Shown here: one piece after another, positions 1 through 9,897 of the stretch | How positions within the stretch are numbered: the stretch's first letter is position 1 | Layout: each line of letters starts with the position of its first letter | Assembly (NCBI GenBank): GCA_037439545.1 | Contig: JBBIVV010000003.1 | Coordinates: 12,906-76,905, forward strand | Source of the DNA: a bacterium | GTDB taxonomy: Bacteria > JAMCPX01 | Reading direction: 5' to 3' | Length of the DNA stretch: 64,000 nt | The notes under the pieces: model-generated | What the model was told of the DNA's origin: nothing | The model's database searches: none | What the model saw: the letters and a program-made list of their open reading frames with translations, nothing else | Translations under genes and position numbers: made by a program

Positions 1-137
1 TGCCTGTGCATCTGCAAACTGGAGCGCATGCCCGTTTTCAGGAATAAAATCTTTCCTATATACAATTCGCAATCAGCCCATATCAGTTCATACCCCCAGG
101 GCTTATCAACCCGGTACGGCGGCTTCCTCGGTGTCAT
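1..137 (-). CDS. cupin-domain protein (phosphomannose-isomerase-type cupin), N-terminal part only, runs off the window
   Basis: Not in the ORF track because it is truncated. My translation of the minus strand from ATG 137..135 gives MTPRKPPYRVDKPWGYELIWADCELYIGKILFLKTGMRSSLQMHR... The KPWGYE...GK.L....G...S.Q.H pattern is typical of small PMI-type cupins. The ATG overlaps the TGA of the upstream LysM gene (ATGA). Confidence 0.5.
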   Translation of the reverse strand, partial: MTPRKPPYRVDKPWGYELIWADCELYIGKILFLKTGMRSSLQMHR

Positions 138-1327
138 ATGACTCCGGATGCCGTATCTGCGAGGAGCTTATCCCCGGCTTCTATCTCCCGAACGCTTTTT
201 GTTATAAGAGCCGTCGAGGTGTTACCGTGCACGCTTATGATTAAAAGCTTACCCAATATCTCTTTAGGCAGTTGCAGTGTTTTGCCGGTTGAGGGGTCTT
301 CGACAGATTTTCTGTCTTTGTATATGACGAATGTATTGCCTACCTGCACCCCGTCGCTGCTTCCCCTGTCTATATAAACAATGTCGTTTTCTCCGAAATT
401 TTTCTGGTTGCCTTTCCCGCAGACAAGGTAGCCGTCAATGGGGTTTGATGCCAGTGCCAGGGTTATTGTTTTTGTCCCCGGTTCATAAGGCATGAGTTTG
501 TCATGAACCCTTATCTCTTCGGATGACAAGGTAATCCGAGCAGTGGATACACTGCCCTCTACCTTCGTTATTTTCAATATTCCCAAAACCCTTATCTTAT
601 AGCCGAGGAAACTGCCTGTTGACGGGTCATCAATCTCTCCGTCTGTTTTATATATTCTAAACTGATCACCCTCTTTTACGCCCGCATCGGTACCGAGGTT
701 TATAAATACTACATCATTCTCTCCAAGTATGGTCCTTTCGTGCACATGAGATGCAACGATTTCTCCGGCAGCCGAGAGCTCCTCTTTCGTTAAAAATCCT
801 GCAGATCCTGCGGATGGATATAAATAAGTATTGGCCGCTACATTGGCATACTGCATGCCGTACGGTGTAGCTGTCTCAATGGAAGGAGTAACCTCCTCCT
901 GCGGCTCCTCCATGGGCTGCTCCTCTGTTTCTATGGTCGGCGCAGTCATTTCCTGTGTTGACGATGTTATCCCCTGTTCAGGTAGTTGTGCGACCTGTTC
1001 GGGAGCCTGGGCAGCAGACGTTATAGGTGCGGCTGTCGTGCCTGCCTCTGCAACGCCTGCTGAAGGTACGACAGAAGTGGGAAGTAGTGCTATCGGCTCA
1101 CCGGGATAAATAAGGTGTGGATTGGTTATGTATTTGTTCTGTTCCCATAGTTTAGGCCAGAGCCAGGGATTTGCGTTAAACCGGACAGCTATGTTCCAGA
1201 GCGTATCTCCCTGCTTCACGATATAAACCATTGCGTCTTTGTTGGAGTCTGTCATGCCGTAGACCGATGATAACACCAACATTAATCCGCATATAAACCC
1301 CAAGGCTATTCTTTTTTTATTCTTCAT
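134..1327 (-). CDS. secreted LysM peptidoglycan-binding protein with two C-terminal ~95-aa repeats
   Basis: ORF 134..1531 trimmed to Met69 (ATG 1327..1325), which yields the signal peptide MKNKKRIALGFICGLMLVLSSVYG. LysM motif YIVKQGDTLWNIAVRF...HLIYPGEPI. P/E/T/A-rich linker. Two internal repeats (GENDVVFINLGTDAGVKEGDQFRIYK..DPSTG.. and GENDIVYIDRGSSDGVQVGNTFVIYK..DPSTG..). Confidence 0.8.
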   Translation of the reverse strand: MKNKKRIALGFICGLMLVLSSVYGMTDSNKDAMVYIVKQGDTLWNIAVRFNANPWLWPKLWEQNKYITNPHLIYPGEPIALLPTSVVPSAGVAEAGTTAAPITSAAQAPEQVAQLPEQGITSSTQEMTAPTIETEEQPMEEPQEEVTPSIETATPYGMQYANVAANTYLYPSAGSAGFLTKEELSAAGEIVASHVHERTILGENDVVFINLGTDAGVKEGDQFRIYKTDGEIDDPSTGSFLGYKIRVLGILKITKVEGSVSTARITLSSEEIRVHDKLMPYEPGTKTITLALASNPIDGYLVCGKGNQKNFGENDIVYIDRGSSDGVQVGNTFVIYKDRKSVEDPSTGKTLQLPKEILGKLLIISVHGNTSTALITKSVREIEAGDKLLADTASGVI

Positions 1328-1467
1328 AACCCTCCCGTGTTTTTTTATAAATCCATACCAGTTATAAGGCTCGTAGTCAATAAGGTTGTATAGTATAGCC
1401 GAATCAGGGCTGTTCGCCGGATGGCCCTGCACCATACATTGATACAGATTGCATAAAGTCATCGGTA

Positions 1468-2097
1468 ATGATACATGCTGCTGACATGAATAATATTGAT
1501 ACTCTGCTCTCCAATTTATATCCATGGTCATACTTTATCGTCGGTATCGGCGTGATGATAGAGAATGCCGGTATTCCCGTACCCGGTGAGACTATCATGC
1601 TTACCGCAAGTATACTGTCGGCAGCAGGCAGGCTCGACCCCTATCTTGTTATCGTAAGCGGTGCAACCGGGGCTGTAATCGGCGATAATATCGGGTATTG
1701 GATCGGAAAAATCGGAGGAAGAAGACTTATTGAAACCGTTTCAAAAAGATTATCTTATGTGAATCAGGCGGAAAAATATACGGAAAAGTTCTTCAACAAA
1801 CACGGAGGGAAAACCGTCTTTTTTGCGAGGTTCATAACGGGTGTAAGGATATTCGCTGGGCCGGTTGCAGGCGCATCTCTCATGGATTTCAAGAAATTCT
1901 TTTTATATAATGCACTCGGTGCAATTGTATGGGCGTGTACGATTGTATTCGGGGTAATGTATCTCGGTAATGTTTACCGGCAATATGTAAGGGATTACAT
2001 AGATGCTGATTTTGTGATCTATGGACTTTTATGCATTGTACTGCTATTCATTACGTACAGGATGATAAGAAGGTTTAGAGAATCAAATAAGAAGTAG
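1468..2097 (+). CDS. DedA family inner-membrane protein
   Basis: GIPVPGETIMLTA...GDNIGYWIGKIGGRRL...FFARFITGVR is the DedA/SNARE-associated signature, with several hydrophobic spans. An alternative start is ATG 1486. Confidence 0.85.
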   Translation: MIHAADMNNIDTLLSNLYPWSYFIVGIGVMIENAGIPVPGETIMLTASILSAAGRLDPYLVIVSGATGAVIGDNIGYWIGKIGGRRLIETVSKRLSYVNQAEKYTEKFFNKHGGKTVFFARFITGVRIFAGPVAGASLMDFKKFFLYNALGAIVWACTIVFGVMYLGNVYRQYVRDYIDADFVIYGLLCIVLLFITYRMIRRFRESNKK

Positions 2098-2144
2098 ACA
2101 GTTGCGCATGATGCAGTTTCGACAAATACAAGAAATAACCGTAT

Positions 2145-2909
2145 ATGACAGATAACAGGAAAAAACATGGGCTGTTGGACTTTATAGCTGCAATATTTCC
2201 GGGTCAATCGCGGCGCATCGTTGATGCCGAGATTAAAAGCCTTTTGCTTCACATAGAGAATGTAACAGGGAAAAGATTCAAGAACCACCATCTCGTCAAG
2301 AAGGCATTAACGCACAAATCATCGAAGAATGCGGATGAACATAATAACTATGAAAGGATGGAGTTCCTTGGCGATGCGGTGCTCGGGCTTATCGTGTCAG
2401 ACCTGCTTTACACATTCTATAAGGATGAAGACGAGGGCAGACTTACCTATTATAAGGATACGCTCATTCAGATGAGAAGCCTCGCCGGAAAAGCGAGGGA
2501 ACTCGGTCTCAGTGAGTATGTGATAGTCGGCAATAAAGAAAAGAAAAACGGATTTTCAAACAGCGATACCCTGCTCGGGGACATATTTGAATCTCTGATA
2601 GGCGCTATATATCTGGACATGGGATTCGAGGGTGTATTCAAGTTTATAAAAAGACTTTTTGAAAACGACATACAGCATATTAAAGAGCAGCCGGAATGGG
2701 ACTTCAAATCAAAATTAAACAATATCGCGCAGGAAATCTACAAGATGCCGCCTGATTATAAAATAATGGGCGAATCTATTGTCAACGGCATCAAGGTGTA
2801 CAGGGTTGCCGTAGAACTGAACAAAAAAGTCATAGCGTACGGAGAGGCAAGAAATAAAAAAGAAGCCGAGCAAAAAGCTGCAATGAAGGCGCTTGCCAAA
2901 TTTGAATAA
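2145..2909 (+). CDS. rnc: ribonuclease III
   Basis: RNase III signature ERMEFLGDAVLGLIVSDLLY, plus a C-terminal dsRNA-binding motif (KSKLNNIAQE...GEARNKKEAEQKAAMKAL). Confidence 0.93.
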   Translation: MTDNRKKHGLLDFIAAIFPGQSRRIVDAEIKSLLLHIENVTGKRFKNHHLVKKALTHKSSKNADEHNNYERMEFLGDAVLGLIVSDLLYTFYKDEDEGRLTYYKDTLIQMRSLAGKARELGLSEYVIVGNKEKKNGFSNSDTLLGDIFESLIGAIYLDMGFEGVFKFIKRLFENDIQHIKEQPEWDFKSKLNNIAQEIYKMPPDYKIMGESIVNGIKVYRVAVELNKKVIAYGEARNKKEAEQKAAMKALAKFE

Positions 2910-2916
2910 CGAACGA

Positions 2917-3453
2917 TTACTTTCTTTTATAGCGTCCCATGAGTTCTGTCTGTGCAAGTATGTGGTCTTTCATTGCTTTTTCCAGAACAGGTTTTTCTGA
3001 GGCAGGGCTTATCGTAAGGATTGTATCGAGAGCGTACAACGTGAAGAAGTATCTATGAATTCCCCAGGGCGGACAGGGCCCGCCGTATTCGTGCTTTTTA
3101 AAGCTATTGATTCCTTGAACAGCGGGTTCAGGCACGCTCCCTTGTTTTATCGTATGCATATCAGGACTCATATTCCACAACAACCAGTGGACCCATGTGC
3201 CCACCGGCGCGTCGGGGTCGTCGACAATCAATGCAAGTGATTTTGCATTTTTCGGAACGTTCTTAATCACAAGTCCGGGATTTACGTCCTTGCCATCGCA
3301 CGTATATTCTTGCGGTATAAATCCAAGCCGGTTGAATGCAGGCGATGAAAGCTCAAGTCCGGCTTCTCCTGCTCTTACTGCCCGGGTGCCGGCAGATGCG
3401 TTCCCTATAAAAATCAAAACGATTATCAGATATACTATATGCTTTGTGCTCAT
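2917..3453 (-). CDS. YbhB/YbcL family Raf-kinase-inhibitor-like (PEBP) protein, secreted
   Basis: ORF 2917..3537 trimmed to ATG 3453, which overlaps the apt stop (ATGA) and gives the signal peptide [25 protein letters not shown] motifs [11 protein letters not shown] and [11 protein letters not shown]. Confidence 0.85.
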   Translation of the reverse strand: MSTKHIVYLIIVLIFIGNASAGTRAVRAGEAGLELSSPAFNRLGFIPQEYTCDGKDVNPGLVIKNVPKNAKSLALIVDDPDAPVGTWVHWLLWNMSPDMHTIKQGSVPEPAVQGINSFKKHEYGGPCPPWGIHRYFFTLYALDTILTISPASEKPVLEKAMKDHILAQTELMGRYKRK

Positions 3454-3974
3454 TTGTACTGTATCAACGAGAACGCGGGATGCGGCTTTATCTTGTTCCT
3501 TCCTTTTAATCCAAGCAGTTCTATAACGAATGCGCACTCGACAACCTTGCCGCCCGATTTTGTGACAAGCTGGATTACGGCGGCAGATGTCCCGCCTGTT
3601 GCGAGCAGGTCATCGACGATAAGGACCCTATCGCCCTTTTTTATGGCATCTTTGTGTATCTCTACCTCATCAACCCCGTATTCGAGCTGATAGCTTGCCC
3701 GGACGGTCCTGTAAGGCAGTTTGCCCTTTTTTCTGACGAGCACAATACCCTTGCCAAGCTTGTATGCGAGCGCCGAGCCGATGATAAAACCCCTTGCATC
3801 AATAGCAACCACGACATCGATAGCACTATCGATATACCTGTTGCCGAGTATGTCTATGGTGCGCTGAAACGCCTTTGCGTCTTTCAGAAGTGTCGTGATG
3901 TCATAGAACAGTATGCCCTTCTTCGGAAAGTCCGGTATCTCCCGTATAGCCTGTCTCAAATCAAACTCATCCAT
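3450..3974 (-). CDS. apt: adenine phosphoribosyltransferase
   Basis: [18 protein letters not shown] and the PRPP-binding loop [13 protein letters not shown]. The 174-aa length is typical for Apt. Confidence 0.93.
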   Translation of the reverse strand: MDEFDLRQAIREIPDFPKKGILFYDITTLLKDAKAFQRTIDILGNRYIDSAIDVVVAIDARGFIIGSALAYKLGKGIVLVRKKGKLPYRTVRASYQLEYGVDEVEIHKDAIKKGDRVLIVDDLLATGGTSAAVIQLVTKSGGKVVECAFVIELLGLKGRNKIKPHPAFSLIQYK

Positions 3975-4118
3975 CGTATTCCTCCAGTCAAAGTATAGAA
4001 CATAAATAGAGCAGAATTTTTAGAAAAGCAAACGATCGGATAAAACAGGACTGCGTCATAATGTATTTCTGAGGCTTTAGCCGAAGAATTTAAAAACTTC
4101 AAGAAGGGCACATACTAC

Positions 4119-5693
4119 CTAATTATTCCGACGAAAAAGTTTCTTTCTCATGAAATTAACCGCCTCATGGAGTTCCCGTGCCCTGAGAACATAAGCGGTC
4201 ATAAGATAGACAGACATGCCCGTGAGCAGTGCGAGGAAGAGCATAACCGCAAGGTGCAGTGCCGTGCAACGGACGGTAAGATAAATAACTTGTTTGAATA
4301 ACAGCAGTATCACACCGCTCATGAAAAGCGACGAGATGACCGCCTTTAACAAGGAGCTCGTTATTGCCCTTAATCCGAGCATGCCTATCTTTGATCGCAA
4401 TGCATAGAGTAAATAGAAGAGATTGAAGAAAGCTGATATGCTTGTTGCGAGTGCAAGGCCTCTGTACTCCATAGTGTTCATAAGCCACACGCTGAGCAAA
4501 AGATTGATGATCACGGTAAAAAAAGCTATTATAACCGGCGTTTTCGCGTTCTTCATTGCGTAGAATGCCTGTGTAATTACCCTCGTGTATGCGACCGCCC
4601 ATAAGCCTATCGCATAAAACATAAGAGCGGAGGAGACCGCTATTGCATCATTCCTGCTGAAAGAACCCCTGTGGAACAAAACCATTATTATAGGTCTTGA
4701 CAGGATGATCAATCCTGCTGTTGCCGGTATCGTAAAGAAGTTCAAAAGTCTTAAAGAGAAACCAAGGGAATCTTTCAGTCTCACAAGGCTATCCTGTGCC
4801 GTGTCACGGGACATTGCCGGCAGTGCTGCAATGGCAATCGATACCGCGAATATGCCCTGAGGGAATTCAAACAGTCTCGATGCGTAATAAAGATACGAGA
4901 TGCTCCCTGTCTTAAGGAATGAAGCCAGTATGTTGCTGACGAATACATTCAACTGATAAACTGCAGCGCCGAACACCATGGGCAGGAACAGAAAAAGAGA
5001 TTCTTTGAGGGCAGGGTGCTTGTAATCGAAGTTGAAGGAGAACAGATAGCCCTTTTTGCGCATGAGTATCAATTGCGGGATCAACTCCATGAGAGCTCCA
5101 ACTACGACTCCGATGGCTACTGTGATGATTGCATGCCTGCCGTGATTGGCGATCAGGATAAAGGTTATTATGGAAATGTTCAGGATGATCGGAGAAAGTG
5201 CGGGCACAAGAAAGCGTTTCAGGGAATTCAGGATGCCCATACACAGGGCCACAATGCTCACAAACAGGATAAACGGAAACATGATCCTCGTTAAAGTTAC
5301 CGTAAGCTTGAATTTCTCCGGGTGAGACTCGAAGCCCGGTGCAAACAGGTATACAAACTGTTTTGCGAAGATTACGCCGAGCAGGGAGATGACGGCAAGG
5401 ATGACGAACAGATAACTGAAGGTGATGTCGGACACCTTTTTTGCTTCTTTGTCTCCGTGTTTTTCATGATAAGAAGTGAAAACGGGGACAAATGCGCTGC
5501 TCATGGCACCCTCTGCAACAAGCCTGCGGAGGAGGTTCGGTATTCTGAAGGCCACAAAGAATGCATCGGCAGAGGTAATTGCGCCAAAAAAATAAGCAAA
5601 ACTTATGTCCCTCACCAGCCCCAGCACCCTGCTGATCAAGGTCATAATGCTCACGACACCGGCGTTTTTTGCTATATCGGATTTACTGCTCAT
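4119..5693 (-). CDS. murJ: lipid II flippase MurJ (MviN)
   Basis: 524-aa polytopic protein. The N-terminus ...SRVLGLVRDISFAYFFGA...DAFFVAFRIPNLLRRLVAEGA is the MurJ/MviN signature. Confidence 0.9.
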   Translation of the reverse strand: MSSKSDIAKNAGVVSIMTLISRVLGLVRDISFAYFFGAITSADAFFVAFRIPNLLRRLVAEGAMSSAFVPVFTSYHEKHGDKEAKKVSDITFSYLFVILAVISLLGVIFAKQFVYLFAPGFESHPEKFKLTVTLTRIMFPFILFVSIVALCMGILNSLKRFLVPALSPIILNISIITFILIANHGRHAIITVAIGVVVGALMELIPQLILMRKKGYLFSFNFDYKHPALKESLFLFLPMVFGAAVYQLNVFVSNILASFLKTGSISYLYYASRLFEFPQGIFAVSIAIAALPAMSRDTAQDSLVRLKDSLGFSLRLLNFFTIPATAGLIILSRPIIMVLFHRGSFSRNDAIAVSSALMFYAIGLWAVAYTRVITQAFYAMKNAKTPVIIAFFTVIINLLLSVWLMNTMEYRGLALATSISAFFNLFYLLYALRSKIGMLGLRAITSSLLKAVISSLFMSGVILLLFKQVIYLTVRCTALHLAVMLFLALLTGMSVYLMTAYVLRARELHEAVNFMRKKLFRRNN

Positions 5694-5706
5694 GTAGGGT
5701 TACCGG

Positions 5707-6828
5707 TCATTTCACGATACCGCCGAGCGCCTTCGAAAATTCCGCAAGCGTACACAGGTTCGTGAGTTCCTTGTCCATCAAAAGGTACAGCAGTGTATAG
5801 GAGATGGCGTTTGCCCGGACCTTGGTCCTGAGGTAGTCAATCAACTTCTTATCATGCAGAGCAAGCCGGTCCATATTCAATGTTTCTTCTATCACTCTTT
5901 TTAATGCCTCATCCTCCTCAAGCTTATTCTTGAGCCTGTTTACATCGGTCCTTACTGTATCACTGCTGTAAAAGGTGTCGTGGACCTTGTTCATAATAAA
6001 TCCGGAGAAGTTTATGTGAAAACCTTTCAAGATACTGTAAAAATATATTGCCTCTTCAACCGCATCATGTGTCGGTATGGTTACCATATAAAAGTGCACA
6101 TTCTTCGAGGATAAGAGAGACTGCACATCCCTTGCCCTTGATTTAAACCCCGAGTACAACCCGTCAAACTCACTGAAAAAATTCGTAAGTTCTTCAACTA
6201 TTTCAAGTCCGACATAGCTTTTTAAAAGTTTTATGACCTTCTGCGGCGCCCGGTTGATGATGTTTAAACCGAGCAGGCTTACATTCATCGACGGCTTCAC
6301 GAGCCACTTTAAAACACCCGAGCTAATCAACTGCGTGAGCCTGTTCGGTGCTGTCAGGAAGTTTATGGCATGTCTTGCCGGAGGAGTATCGACGACGATA
6401 AGATCGTAATCGTACTCGTTTTTTATCTCATACAATTTCTCCATTGCCATATAATCTTCCGATCCTGCAAGCTCTCCCGATACATACTGATAATAACTGT
6501 TGTTTAATATCGCCTCTGCCTTTTGTTCCGACTGGGCATATTTTCTTATGAGGTTGTTGAAGGTCGTTCTTGTCTCGAGGATCATGGCATCCAGGCTGCC
6601 CGTCATGCCGGTATCGCAGCCGGTAAAAGCTGATAAAGGTATAGATGTCGGAGTGTTTTTAAGTGTTTTCAAGCCCATCGATTGTGCAAGCCTTTTTGCG
6701 GGATCAATGGTCATGACAAGCGTTTTCCTTCCTTTCAGAGCGGACGCTATACCGATCGCAGCTGATACGGTCGTCTTTCCGACGCCTCCGGTTCCAACAC
6801 ATACTATAACCTCTGGCTGGGGTCTCAT
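5707..6828 (-). CDS. ArsA/GET3-family P-loop ATPase (divergent), copy 2
   Basis: Deviant Walker A VCVGTGGVGKTT. VVDTPPARHAINFL resembles the ArsA DTAPTGHT switch. There is a 4-nt overlap with the upstream paralogue. Confidence 0.75.
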   Translation of the reverse strand: MRPQPEVIVCVGTGGVGKTTVSAAIGIASALKGRKTLVMTIDPAKRLAQSMGLKTLKNTPTSIPLSAFTGCDTGMTGSLDAMILETRTTFNNLIRKYAQSEQKAEAILNNSYYQYVSGELAGSEDYMAMEKLYEIKNEYDYDLIVVDTPPARHAINFLTAPNRLTQLISSGVLKWLVKPSMNVSLLGLNIINRAPQKVIKLLKSYVGLEIVEELTNFFSEFDGLYSGFKSRARDVQSLLSSKNVHFYMVTIPTHDAVEEAIYFYSILKGFHINFSGFIMNKVHDTFYSSDTVRTDVNRLKNKLEEDEALKRVIEETLNMDRLALHDKKLIDYLRTKVRANAISYTLLYLLMDKELTNLCTLAEFSKALGGIVK

Positions 6829-7775
6829 AGTGCGGCGCCGCCGATAGCAGTAAGTTGTATCGATAAAGACTCTGCAATAAAAAGGTCGCTGTCCGGTGTT
6901 TCTACGAAAGGCAGGGTCACCACAGGTATATTTTTTACTCTGCTGTTGAACCAGTCAATAGCCCTGTGTTCCATTTGTGCGTAATTCAGCAATCGTTGAA
7001 CCGCATGTGCTATGCTTTCATGTACGGTCTGTTTTGACGCAAGCTCTTCGAGCCGCTGCCGGTAGTATCGCGGCTCCATAATGCTTATTCTTCCCGAGAC
7101 AGTCATGTTAAGAAAAAAAGCCCTGATGACCGGTTGTTGGATTTCAGCAAGTTCTTTCTGTGCCTCGACAGCCTCAGTTACCGCCATTTCATCAGGCGTA
7201 CTGACGATTGCAACGGAGCATTTACCCGAGTCAATCAAATGGTAGACCTTCTCCGCCTCTTTCTTGACCGGGCCTATCCTGAACATCTTCATCACGGTCT
7301 GGGGCGTTTTTACAAACGAAACAAATTTTCCGAGTTGCGGTGCGTCCACGATTATCGGATCATACAGATGTTTTCCGTTGTCATCCCTTTTTTTTTCAAG
7401 GTCGTAGAGCTTGCCGACAGCGACGAGTTCTTTGAGTCCCGGTGCCGTATTCGAGATATGACGGTAGAATTTCGTGCTCAGGACAAATTTAGACAGTATA
7501 TCCAAAATCAACTGTCTCCTTATATATTCTGCGAGTGCCTCGTCCGCTGAAATGTTGAAATAGAACAGATTCCTGGTGATCTCTGTTTCCCTGTATGGCT
7601 CTGCTTTTATATGAAAGATGTGTTCTATGCTTTTATCCGGAGCAAACTCAACAATCAGCGGTTTTCTGCCCGCAGACTTTAAAAATATACCCATGGCAGT
7701 AGTTATCGTGCTTTTTCCTACCCCGCCTTTACCGGTAACAAAAATGATCCTGCTTTTGAACAGTTCTTCCAACAT
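6825..7775 (-). CDS. ArsA/GET3-family P-loop ATPase (divergent), copy 1
   Basis: Deviant Walker A FVTGKGGVGKST and Walker B-like IIVDAPQLG. The 316-aa product is adjacent to and overlaps the second ArsA-like gene. Confidence 0.7.
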   Translation of the reverse strand: MLEELFKSRIIFVTGKGGVGKSTITTAMGIFLKSAGRKPLIVEFAPDKSIEHIFHIKAEPYRETEITRNLFYFNISADEALAEYIRRQLILDILSKFVLSTKFYRHISNTAPGLKELVAVGKLYDLEKKRDDNGKHLYDPIIVDAPQLGKFVSFVKTPQTVMKMFRIGPVKKEAEKVYHLIDSGKCSVAIVSTPDEMAVTEAVEAQKELAEIQQPVIRAFFLNMTVSGRISIMEPRYYRQRLEELASKQTVHESIAHAVQRLLNYAQMEHRAIDWFNSRVKNIPVVTLPFVETPDSDLFIAESLSIQLTAIGGAAL

Positions 7776-7837
7776 AGGTTAGGAAAGACTATACATGATT
7801 ATGGGAAATGGCACAAATTAAAACAAGAAAAGATGTG

Positions 7838-8656
7838 CTACGGATTATTCTTAAAGTCCTCTGTCAATAAACGTAAGACATGTCTATAAACAGTGTTTGA
7901 AAACAACATGGCTATGTGGCCTTTAAAGGGCAGGGAAACATTGGGTATAGTATCCATAAAGGCATGTTCCGGCGGGACGATAAGGTTATCGAGTGTCGAC
8001 CATATCGAATAGATCGGCGGCAGAGGTTTTTTGTTCATCTCATTGAGGAATTCACTGCCGGGAATCATCTCTTTTGCATTGATGCCCGCACCAAGCACTG
8101 CCATGCGCGTACCCCGGTGAGGACTCGCAATGGTAATAAGCTTTTTTATCCTGCCCGCACCTCTCGGTGAATTGCCGTAATACCGCGTGACAAGGCCGCC
8201 CATACTGTGGCCTATCAGGAAAGCCCCTTTTTCACCTGTTTTGTCCTCTATTTCATCCATTTTATCGGCCACACGCTCTGCAAGTTCTCTTATAGACAAT
8301 GCCGGCGGATATAAATTGACACTGAATACCCTGAACCCATCGAGTGCCAGCCTTATATGGACATACATAAAACACGCCCTGTTCATCATATAACCGTGCA
8401 CAAGGAGCACAGGAGGGTATTTTTTGTTTTCTTTCCTCAGAAAAAGAGGATCATAGTTTATGAAACCAAGAACATAAGTAAGGAATGCAAAAGAGTTAAC
8501 GACAGCTTCTCCAAAAATCTCCACTGCAATAGATAAAGGGCTCCCTATTGGTTTATGACGGAAGTTCAACCAGTCATAGATCACCAGGGTAAATTGTATG
8601 ACGATGTAAACCAGAACGACAATAAAAAACCATGCGAGAATTTTTAAAATAATCAT
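7838..8656 (-). CDS. membrane-anchored alpha/beta hydrolase (lipase/esterase-like)
   Basis: N-terminal TM helices (ILAWFFIVVLVYIVIQFTLVIY), an oxyanion-region motif LLVHGYMMN, and the nucleophile elbow GHSMGG. Confidence 0.75.
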   Translation of the reverse strand: MIILKILAWFFIVVLVYIVIQFTLVIYDWLNFRHKPIGSPLSIAVEIFGEAVVNSFAFLTYVLGFINYDPLFLRKENKKYPPVLLVHGYMMNRACFMYVHIRLALDGFRVFSVNLYPPALSIRELAERVADKMDEIEDKTGEKGAFLIGHSMGGLVTRYYGNSPRGAGRIKKLITIASPHRGTRMAVLGAGINAKEMIPGSEFLNEMNKKPLPPIYSIWSTLDNLIVPPEHAFMDTIPNVSLPFKGHIAMLFSNTVYRHVLRLLTEDFKNNP

Positions 8657-9858
8657 GTCTTTCTCCTCATTTTTGCCACCAGTGCTTCAATGACCAACGG
8701 TACCTTCTGCAGGAGGACCAGGAGCTCTCCGATATCCGTCGAGGCGAATTCCCCCCCGCCGCTGTCTCCGTAAAGCATCTGGACAAGTCCGCCCCTGAAA
8801 TGAATCGGAATAATGACAACTGTCCGCGGAGGCTTGCCTCCAAGCAACAGGAAAAAGTCCCTGTTTAATTCGGTGTTCTGGGGTGTACCGACGAAATGGG
8901 CGCCTGTATCGTTTACAAACTTAAAAACGGACGGCTGGTCAAGGGGTATCACGAGCTGTTTTATGTTGGACCTCTTCACCCCTTCTCCGGCGCCCTCCCA
9001 TCCCATTGCAATGCCTTTGTAGATCATAAATAGTGCAGCTCTCTTGAATATGGAAAGCGCATAGCCGAGTACGACAGCCGCGATATCGTCCCTTGATTCC
9101 GATTGAGAGATCGCGGAGATTGCATCAGTCATAGTGGAAGGATGCTTGAGGGTTAATTCAGTTTCTACTTCCATTCCCTGAGAAAGCTCTATGGCCGGTT
9201 CACCGGCCTCTGACAAAGGCGGAGAGGTTTTCAGCATCTTCTGGAAGTCTTCCTCTGTGGTGAGTTCTTCGTCGGCAGACAGGGGTTTTATGGACAGGGA
9301 TGGCTGTTCTTTGACTGTTTGTTGTGCCGGTGTTTTATCCCTGGACTTAAGGCTTTCAGAGGACGGTTTCTTATTCAACCTGTTCGACATGAATTGGCCG
9401 GCATCCTGCCTTGAAAGGGTAATGTAGCGCACGTCCCTTTTGATAGCGTAATAATGTTCCAACAGAAGAAGGAACCTGATCTCAGGAACGATATATGGTT
9501 TTATGGTCAAGCCTGTAACGAATGACAGCTCATCGATTGCATCGAGCCTGCCGGGATCCAGGAATATAACATGAAGCTGTTTGTCGGAATGTTCAAAAGG
9601 TATTGCTTTGAGCTTTTTTACCAGATTGACCGGTATTAATTTCAACGTGTTTGTCTGTATATTTAATGTTTTTTCGAGGGGTATCGGCTGGAGATGATAG
9701 TACGTTGAAAGCTGATTCTCGAGTTCGGCTTCTGTGAGTACGCCGGATTCTATAAGATTTGTCCCGAGCCTGCCTCCGAATATGATCTGTGCATTCAGAG
9801 CCTCTGTAAGCTGCTCTGCGGTTATGGCTTTTCGTTTTAGGAGAAATTCCCCGAACAT
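8653..9858 (-). CDS. MshEN/T2SSE_N-domain protein (putative c-di-GMP receptor) with uncharacterised C-terminal domain
   Basis: The N-terminus carries two tandem 24-residue MshEN-type motifs separated by 5 residues: FGEFLLKRKAITAEQLTEALNAQ - IIFGG - RLGTNLIESGVLTEAELENQLSTY. The middle is low-complexity. I do not recognise the ~150-aa C-terminal domain. Confidence 0.7.
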   Translation of the reverse strand: MFGEFLLKRKAITAEQLTEALNAQIIFGGRLGTNLIESGVLTEAELENQLSTYYHLQPIPLEKTLNIQTNTLKLIPVNLVKKLKAIPFEHSDKQLHVIFLDPGRLDAIDELSFVTGLTIKPYIVPEIRFLLLLEHYYAIKRDVRYITLSRQDAGQFMSNRLNKKPSSESLKSRDKTPAQQTVKEQPSLSIKPLSADEELTTEEDFQKMLKTSPPLSEAGEPAIELSQGMEVETELTLKHPSTMTDAISAISQSESRDDIAAVVLGYALSIFKRAALFMIYKGIAMGWEGAGEGVKRSNIKQLVIPLDQPSVFKFVNDTGAHFVGTPQNTELNRDFFLLLGGKPPRTVVIIPIHFRGGLVQMLYGDSGGGEFASTDIGELLVLLQKVPLVIEALVAKMRRKT

Positions 9859-9897
9859 GAGAACATGCTATCAGAGTTTTATCGTAAATGCCATTTC

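Noticed and set aside
134-1531. The long N-terminal extensions in the ORF track for the LysM, PEBP, LpxH-like, TolC, S2 and barrel genes.
   Set aside because: Internal ATGs give proper signal peptides or conserved N-termini, RBSs and non-overlapping gene spacing. The extensions overlap neighbouring genes or promoters.
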